Shown here in pieces: positions 58,122-64,000 of a DNA stretch of 64,000 nucleotides (positions within the stretch are counted from its first letter, which is position 1; each line of letters opens with the position of its first letter). A program made the position numbers and the translations under genes. The notes beneath the pieces are model-generated. The model was given only the letters and a program-made list of their open reading frames with translations, searched no databases and was not told the DNA's origin. Origin of the DNA: Candidatus Binatia bacterium. Its GTDB lineage: Bacteria > Desulfobacterota > Binatia > HRBIN30 > CADEER01. The stretch covers positions 1,172 to 65,171 of the forward strand of contig JBFXHX010000021.1 of assembly GCA_050176585.1 (NCBI GenBank), written 5' to 3'.

Positions 58122-59039
58122 ATGGGACGCCGCGTGTATATTCAGGAAGTCGCCCCGCGCGACGGGTTTCAGGCCGAATCGATGTTCATCGAAACCGGCC
58201 GCAAAGTGGCGCTCATCGATGCGCTGTCGCGCTGCGGCCTCGCGAAGATCGAGGTCACGTCCTTCACCTCGCCGCGGGCGATCCCGGCCTTGCGCGACGC
58301 TGAGGACGTCATGGCGCGGATCACGCGTGTGCCCGGCGTCTCGTATACTGTGCTCGTGCCGAACGTCCGCGGCGGCGAGCGCGCCGCCGCGTGCCGCCCC
58401 GACGAGTTCAACCTCGTGATGTCGGCCAGCGAGGCGCACAACGCGTCCAACCTGCGCTTGACACGCGAGCAGTCGTTCAGCGAGCTCGAGCGGGTGATCG
58501 CGCTGGCCCACGCACACGGCATCGCGGTGAACGTCTCGCTCTCCTGCTCGTTCGGCTGTCCGTTCGAGGGCGATGTGCCGGCCGACGCGGTGCTCGACTG
58601 GTGCCGCCGCTTTGCCGAGCTCGGCGTCGCCGGCATGTCGCTCTGCGACACCACCGGGATGGCGTACCCGACCCAGGTGCGCGCGCTCTGTTCCGAATTC
58701 CGCTCCCGATTCCCCGCGGTTCAGCTCACGCTGCACGTGCACAACACGCGGGGCATGGGCTTGGCCAACGCGCTCGAGGCGCTCGCGGCCGGCGTCGACC
58801 GCTTCGATGCGTCGCTCGGCGGCCTCGGCGGATGCCCCTACGCGCCCGGCGCCACGGGCAACGTGTGCACCGAGGACCTCGTGCACATGCTCGACCTGAT
58901 CGGTTGCGCAACTGGGGTCGACCTCCCCGCCCTCCTCGACTGCTCGCGGCAGCTGCCGGCGCTGGTCGGCCACGACGTACCCGGCCAGGTCGTGAAGGCT
59001 GGCCGCCGCCTCGATCCCCCCAGGGCCGCGACTGCGTAA
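58122..59039 (+). CDS. HMG-CoA lyase family (DRE-TIM) lyase
   Basis: EVAPRDGFQ, FGCPFEG, DTTG, HVHNTRG, GGCPYAPGATGN. Confidence 0.93.
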   Translation: MGRRVYIQEVAPRDGFQAESMFIETGRKVALIDALSRCGLAKIEVTSFTSPRAIPALRDAEDVMARITRVPGVSYTVLVPNVRGGERAAACRPDEFNLVMSASEAHNASNLRLTREQSFSELERVIALAHAHGIAVNVSLSCSFGCPFEGDVPADAVLDWCRRFAELGVAGMSLCDTTGMAYPTQVRALCSEFRSRFPAVQLTLHVHNTRGMGLANALEALAAGVDRFDASLGGLGGCPYAPGATGNVCTEDLVHMLDLIGCATGVDLPALLDCSRQLPALVGHDVPGQVVKAGRRLDPPRAATA

Positions 59040-59480
59040 TGCACCGCTCCGCTGCGTCGGTTTACGGGCTCTGTGCCACGGCGCAACCTGTCCGCGAACG
59101 CTCGCGGCAACCGCGTGTGCGTCAAGCGCGCGGCGCAACGCTTCTATGCGCCCGACGGTGGCTGTGGCGGCCCGGCGCGCGAAGCGCGCCTTCTTCGTCG
59201 CCCCGCCGGATATAGCCGCGGCACCTGGCATCGCGCAGCGATGCCCGGGTGGAAACAGGCGCAGACCGGCGCGGGCACAGGTCCCGCGGATACATCGAAT
59301 CGGAAGTGGCGGCCGCCATCGCGCAGCGTCGCTCGTCGCGGACGCGCGGCAGAACCCCACCGCTCCGCACCGCCCGACCCGGCACAGGTCCAGGAGATAT
59401 TCCGGAGGCGGTGGCCGTCCACTGTGGACGGACGCGCTGGATTGTGGATCAGTAGCACGTGACGAGGGAGGAGTGATGCG

Positions 59481-60701
59481 ATGAACGATCGAGCGCCGCT
59501 GCCCGCACGCGCCGAACGCGAGTCTGCTCTTCAGCGCACCCGCCATGCTCTGCCGGCCATCCTCAGCGAGTTGGGCGAGATCGCGGCATCCGGCAACGCG
59601 GAACAGAAGACATTACCGCCCGACGTGTACGATTGTGCGGACTTGTTCGAGCTCGAGTGTGAGCGCATCTTCCGCCCCGGGTGGCTCCTGATGGGCCGCG
59701 CGGATCAGGTGGCATCGCCGGGCGATTTCATGTCGGTCGACGTGATCGGCGAGCCGCTGGTCCTCACCCGCGACATGCGCGGCGAGCTGCACGTGTTCTC
59801 GCGCATCTGTCGCCACCGCTGGATGCCCATCTGCCAGGGCAGCGGCAACGCGACGGCGCTCGAGTGCCCGTACCACGCGTGGACATACGAGCTCGACGGC
59901 CGGCTGCGCGGCGCGCCCGAAATGACGGACTCAGTGTCGTTTCGGCGCAACGAGCGCGGCCTGATCCCGATCCGGCACGAGGTCTGGGAGGGGTTCGTCT
60001 TCGTGAATCTGGACGGCCGTGCGGAACCGCTCGCGCCCCGGCTCGAACCATTGCTGGAGGAGCTCAAGGAGTTCCGGCTCTCCGAATGCGTGACGGTCGC
60101 GTCGCGCGACTACGGCGAGCAGCCGTGGGACTGGAAAGTCGCGCAGGACAACGGCGACTGCTACCACCACATCGGCCTGCACCGAAAAACGGCGCAATGG
60201 CTCTGGCCGATTCAAAAAATCTGGTACCGCCCTGATAACGGCCACTACGCCCTGAACGGTTGCGGGACGGCACCGGACGCACTGGTGACCGCAGAGGATG
60301 GCCGGCCGGTGATGCCGGGGCTCTTTCAGCCGTTGCCGGGTCTCACCGCGCACCAGCGCGAGAACCTGTACCTCGTGTTCATCTACCCCAACTACTGGAT
60401 TGGGCCGGGGCCCGACCAAACCCTCGTCACCCGCATGTTTCCGGTGGGGCCGGGCCGCGTGCGCTTCTACACGGACATCCTCTTCCATCGCAGCAATCTC
60501 GACCATCCCGAGCTGCAGGCGAAGATCGACGAGGCGAAGCGGTTCTGGTTCGAGATCAACGACGAGGACTTCTACGCCCACACGGCGGTGCAACAGGCCG
60601 CCAGGAGCCGCTTCGCCGACAGGGGCCCGTTGAGCTCGAAGGAAGACTACGTCCGCGCCTTCGCGAAATGGTATGCCCAGCAAATCAGCGCGGCGCGCTG
60701 A
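59481..60701 (+). CDS. Rieske non-heme iron oxygenase alpha subunit (2), paralog of 54714-55931
   Basis: CRHRWM...CPYHAW, PWDWKVAQDNGDCYHHIGLH, ED...VQ. Confidence 0.92.
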   Translation: MNDRAPLPARAERESALQRTRHALPAILSELGEIAASGNAEQKTLPPDVYDCADLFELECERIFRPGWLLMGRADQVASPGDFMSVDVIGEPLVLTRDMRGELHVFSRICRHRWMPICQGSGNATALECPYHAWTYELDGRLRGAPEMTDSVSFRRNERGLIPIRHEVWEGFVFVNLDGRAEPLAPRLEPLLEELKEFRLSECVTVASRDYGEQPWDWKVAQDNGDCYHHIGLHRKTAQWLWPIQKIWYRPDNGHYALNGCGTAPDALVTAEDGRPVMPGLFQPLPGLTAHQRENLYLVFIYPNYWIGPGPDQTLVTRMFPVGPGRVRFYTDILFHRSNLDHPELQAKIDEAKRFWFEINDEDFYAHTAVQQAARSRFADRGPLSSKEDYVRAFAKWYAQQISAAR

Positions 60702-60980
60702 AGGCGCCGTTCCCGCGCGGACTCTATGCCGGCCGGCGATGGTCTCGCCGCCGTGGCCCGGCGCCCGCACATGTGGGAACGCGACCTCTGCCCCTGCGGA
60801 AAATTTCGTCGCTCACGTCGACGATGGCGGCCGGCACGACTTCCAGGTCGGCCACGCTCGCGCGGTCAAAGGGTCACCTCGCCCGCTCAAGTTGACCGAT
60901 GCCACCCCCCGGGTTAGGAACGGCGCCAAACGCCAACACGCCGCTCGCGAGAGCGCGCTGATACAGCCGGAGCGAAAGTG

Positions 60981-61376
60981 ATGCGCATCCTCCACACGAT
61001 GCTTCGGGTCGGCGACCTCGACCGGTCGCTCGCCTTCTACTGTGACGTCCTCGGCATGCGGTTACTCCGCAAAAAGGACTATCCGGGGGGGCGGTTCACG
61101 CTGGCGTTCGTCGGGTACGGCGCCGAAGACGACACCACTGTGCTCGAGCTGACCCACAACTGGGACACGAGCTCCTACGATCTCGGCAAGGGGTACGGCC
61201 ACGTGGCGATCGGGCTGGACGACATCTATGCGGCGTGTGACCAGTACCGGAAGAAAGGCGCCAAAATCGTCCGCGAGCCCGGCCCAATGGCGCACGGCGC
61301 CACCGAGATCGCGTTCCTCGAAGATCCGGATGGCTATAAGGTCGAGCTGATCCAGCTCCGCGGGCGCGAAGATTGA
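60981..61376 (+). CDS. gloA: Lactoylglutathione lyase (glyoxalase I)
   Basis: MRILHTMLRVGDL, FTLAFVGYG, LELTHNW, YGH.AI, DPDGYK.ELIQ. Confidence 0.96.
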   Translation: MRILHTMLRVGDLDRSLAFYCDVLGMRLLRKKDYPGGRFTLAFVGYGAEDDTTVLELTHNWDTSSYDLGKGYGHVAIGLDDIYAACDQYRKKGAKIVREPGPMAHGATEIAFLEDPDGYKVELIQLRGRED

Positions 61377-61433
61377 GCGCGTCCGGCCGGGAGACCGCGC
61401 ACCGACGCCGAGGCCCCTAGACGCCAGGGGCCC

Positions 61434-62384
61434 CTACTGGTTCGGCCAGCCCGGGCCCTCCACCAGCGCGCGGGCGCGGGCGGGGTCTCCGACCCATAAG
61501 CGGTAGAAGTCGAGCGGGCACTCCGCCACGCCGCCCGGTACGGCCGTATAGCCGCGATGCAGCAGGTTGAAAGAGTGATTCTCCGAACGCCAGTGGCGAC
61601 GAGCGTCCCGGATCGCCGAGATCGAGAGTAGCGCGTACTGCACTTCGCCGGGTGCGCTGCCGCACGCGGCGAGCAGCCGGCCGTCGAAATCGACGATGCA
61701 GGAATCACCGAAATACGAGTATTGCAAATCCCGTCCGGCGAGGTTCGCGACTGCGACGTACGAGAGGTTGTCGAGCGCGCGCACCTGCGCGACCATCCGC
61801 TGCTGCTCGCGGTTGGGATACATGTACCCCTGGATGCGGACGACGAGCTCGGCGCCCTTCGCCACGACATCGCGGACGATCTCCGGCTGGTCGCCGTCGT
61901 AACAGATGATCGGCGCGATACGCAGGCCCTTCGGGCCCACTGCTACCGCGGTGCGGTCGCCCGGGAACCACGGCTCCAATGGGCACCATGGCACGAGCTT
62001 GCGGTACTTCAGGGCGATGTCGCCATTCGCGTCGATCACGACACAGGTGTTGAACGGATTGCCGGCGGGATTGTGCTCACCGGTGAGCGAGAAGACGCCC
62101 CACACGCGGTTGCGCCGGCACGCCTCCGCGAAGATGTCCGTTTCCGGCCCTGGACAGTCTGCGGTGAGCTCGCGCCAGCGGTCCGGATGGAAGCCCTGCG
62201 TGCTGTATTCGGGGAATGCGATGAGATCGAGGCCCGGATACCCGCGCTTCGCGGCGCCGATATAGTGCGCGAGGTTGCGGCAGTTTTCGAGCACTGCAGC
62301 ACGGGTCTCGAGCACTGGCGCAGGATAGTTCACCACCGCCACCCCGACGGTATCGGGAGAAGAGAACACCGTGCCGACGGGCAT
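61434..62384 (-). CDS. Aliphatic amidase/formamidase (nitrilase superfamily, AmiE-like)
   Basis: VGVAVVNY, FPEYS (Glu), KYRK..PWCP.E.W.PG (Lys), ICYDG (Cys), QGYMYP. Confidence 0.9.
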   Translation of the reverse strand: MPVGTVFSSPDTVGVAVVNYPAPVLETRAAVLENCRNLAHYIGAAKRGYPGLDLIAFPEYSTQGFHPDRWRELTADCPGPETDIFAEACRRNRVWGVFSLTGEHNPAGNPFNTCVVIDANGDIALKYRKLVPWCPLEPWFPGDRTAVAVGPKGLRIAPIICYDGDQPEIVRDVVAKGAELVVRIQGYMYPNREQQRMVAQVRALDNLSYVAVANLAGRDLQYSYFGDSCIVDFDGRLLAACGSAPGEVQYALLSISAIRDARRHWRSENHSFNLLHRGYTAVPGGVAECPLDFYRLWVGDPARARALVEGPGWPNQ

Positions 62385-62388
62385 AGCG

Positions 62389-63591
62389 TCAGCCCGGCGA
62401 TCCCGCCGCGGGACGCGCCGCCGGCGGGGGTGTGGCCGGCGCCAAGCAGCGGTCGAGCACGTAGCGGGCGAGCCGATGCGGCAGCGGCTCCTCGACCGAG
62501 AAGCGGCCCGGACGGAAGAACTTCGATCGGTAGCCCTCGGTGGTGAGCGCGGTGATCTCGAGGTCTTCGCGCGTGAAGCCGTCCAGGCCCTCAATTGGAC
62601 CGCGCGTCACTTCCTCGAAATCCGGCCGCGCCTTGAACTTGGCGGGGAAGTACCAATCGCAGACCAGCTTGGTGCGATCGGGGCCGTTCGGCATCATCAC
62701 GTAGAACGTGGCGCCGTCGGGCTGCAGCAGCAGGAGGAAGTTGGGATAGATCAGGATGAAGTGCTGCTCCAGGCGCTCGGCGTCGGTCAGCCCTTCGACC
62801 ACCCACGCCGTCTCGCTGATCGAGCCGGGCTGGTTCATGCTCACCGGCTGACTCGCGGTGAAGATCATGTCGTAGTACAGGCCGGGGCTGCCGTCCTTGT
62901 AGGTCCACCGCTTCATATCCAGGTACTCGGTGCCCGCGGCGCTGCGGTGCGTCGAGCCCACATGGTACGTCTCCATCGCGTTCTCGACCAGCATTTTCCA
63001 ATTGCAGTCGAAATCGTATGTGCGCCGCTCGACGAAGGTCATGTCACCGATCTTGTAGTTGCGGACGTACTCGGGCAGATCGCCGAGCGCGGTCGCGAGC
63101 GGCACGGACGCGGGGTCGAAGGTGACGAAGATAATCCCTTCCCACGTGTCGAGCTTCAGCGGCACCAAGCCGTGCTGCTTGCGATCGAAGCCCTTCGCCT
63201 TCTCCATGTGCGGTGCGGCGATCAGGTCGCCACGGGGCGAATACGTCCAGCCGTGGTACGGGCATTCGAACGCGCGGCAGTTTCCCTCGCCTTTCGCAAT
63301 CACCGCACCGCGGTGACGGCACACGGCCGAGAACGCGTGCAGCTCGCCGGCGAGGTCGCGCGTCACCAAGATCGGCTCGGTGCCGACGGTGAGGGCCAAG
63401 TAATCGCCGGGATTCGGCAGCTGCGCGACGTGGCCGGCCCAGAGCCAGTCCTTCAGAAAGATGCGCTCGATCTCCAGCTCGTGGAAGCGCGGTGAGAGAT
63501 AGTAAGACCCCGGCGGAGAGAAGGCCTCGTCCAGCGGTCTGCGCATCGCTTCGAGCTCGGCCTCGGTGAATATCGCGGTCGATTGGCTCAT
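62389..63591 (-). CDS. Rieske non-heme iron oxygenase alpha subunit (3), choline-monooxygenase/CntA-like group
   Basis: CRHRG...CPYHGW, NWKMLVENAMETYHVGSTH, ED. Confidence 0.92.
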   Translation of the reverse strand: MSQSTAIFTEAELEAMRRPLDEAFSPPGSYYLSPRFHELEIERIFLKDWLWAGHVAQLPNPGDYLALTVGTEPILVTRDLAGELHAFSAVCRHRGAVIAKGEGNCRAFECPYHGWTYSPRGDLIAAPHMEKAKGFDRKQHGLVPLKLDTWEGIIFVTFDPASVPLATALGDLPEYVRNYKIGDMTFVERRTYDFDCNWKMLVENAMETYHVGSTHRSAAGTEYLDMKRWTYKDGSPGLYYDMIFTASQPVSMNQPGSISETAWVVEGLTDAERLEQHFILIYPNFLLLLQPDGATFYVMMPNGPDRTKLVCDWYFPAKFKARPDFEEVTRGPIEGLDGFTREDLEITALTTEGYRSKFFRPGRFSVEEPLPHRLARYVLDRCLAPATPPPAARPAAGSPG

Positions 63592-63900
63592 GATCTCACC
63601 TCAGGGCGGGTCGACGCCCCGCGGACAGCGACCCCGCGCTCGGCGGCGTCGGCAGCGGACCCACTCCACGGGACGCGCCCATATGCGCGGCGCGCGGGCT
63701 CGCTCCGCGCCGACCCGGATGGCGACGATCGGTGCCGCTGCCCGACTTGGTGCCGGTGGTACACTGGGCGGCACCGAGCTGGAGCGCCGCGTCTCGATCT
63801 GCCGATCGCATGTCCTCGTTGCCCAGCGCACATCGTCCAGCAGCGTTCCTCGACGGGTACCGGTACGAACGCGGCTGCTGTCGCACAGTTCTCCGCTGAG

Positions 63901-63923
63901 TGTCAACGCGCTGCTTCTTGACA
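63901..63923. promoter_or_regulatory. Back-to-back -35 hexamers or inverted-repeat operator
   Basis: TGTCAA-N11-TTGACA in the divergent intergenic region. Confidence 0.35.
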
Positions 63924-63974
63924 GCTGGGCAAGAGCGGCGCGATGTCGCAGGCCAATCTCGAGGTGGAGGTGTC

Positions 63975-64000
63975 ATGTCACGCAATGCGATCCCCGCCCC
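63975..64000 (+). CDS. Start of an unidentified CDS running off the window
   Basis: GGAGG RBS then ATG TCA CGC AAT GCG ATC CCC GCC. Confidence 0.4.

Noticed and set aside
59040-59480. Several overlapping short ORFs between the lyase and Rieske 2
   Set aside because: Arg/Ala/Pro-rich noise with no recognisable start signals or motifs

Overview
High-GC bacterial window. Gene content (alternative complex III-caa3 operon, MYXO-CTERM-like tail, Thr/Pro-stalked surface proteins with cohesin/dockerin-like domains, several Rieske oxygenases) suggests a Myxococcota/Binatota-like diderm; this is inference only. Four blocks: (1) 1-26.8 kb housekeeping and respiration: partial sirtuin, dxs, complete actABCDEF(G)-sco-ctaCDEF operon, lnt, csp, DEAD-box helicase, dsbD, RibB fused to an apparently inactive GTP cyclohydrolase II domain, glmU. 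(2) 26.9-38.7 kb cell-surface locus, the most interesting part: a YVTN propeller with a MYXO-CTERM-like tail, two near-identical Cys-rich heads on TNTP stalks of different length, an NHL-dockerin-cohesin protein, a stalked membrane-anchored cohesin and a free cohesin. Three of these proteins share an unrecognised C-terminal signal, RPxIPVVPSPxSPxG-TM-L(L/F)WALRR. (3) 38.9-47.5 kb: M1 aminopeptidase, orn, purN, stand-alone infC with a candidate structured leader, a third cohesin, DUF748 protein. (4) 47.7-63.6 kb catabolic cluster: fused indolepyruvate oxidoreductase, C-C hydrolase, three Rieske alpha subunits with no reductase or ferredoxin, SDR, CoA-transferase/HMG-CoA lyase, amidase. No rRNA, tRNA, CRISPR array or mobile element was seen. 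All domain calls are by eye from motifs; no database search was run.
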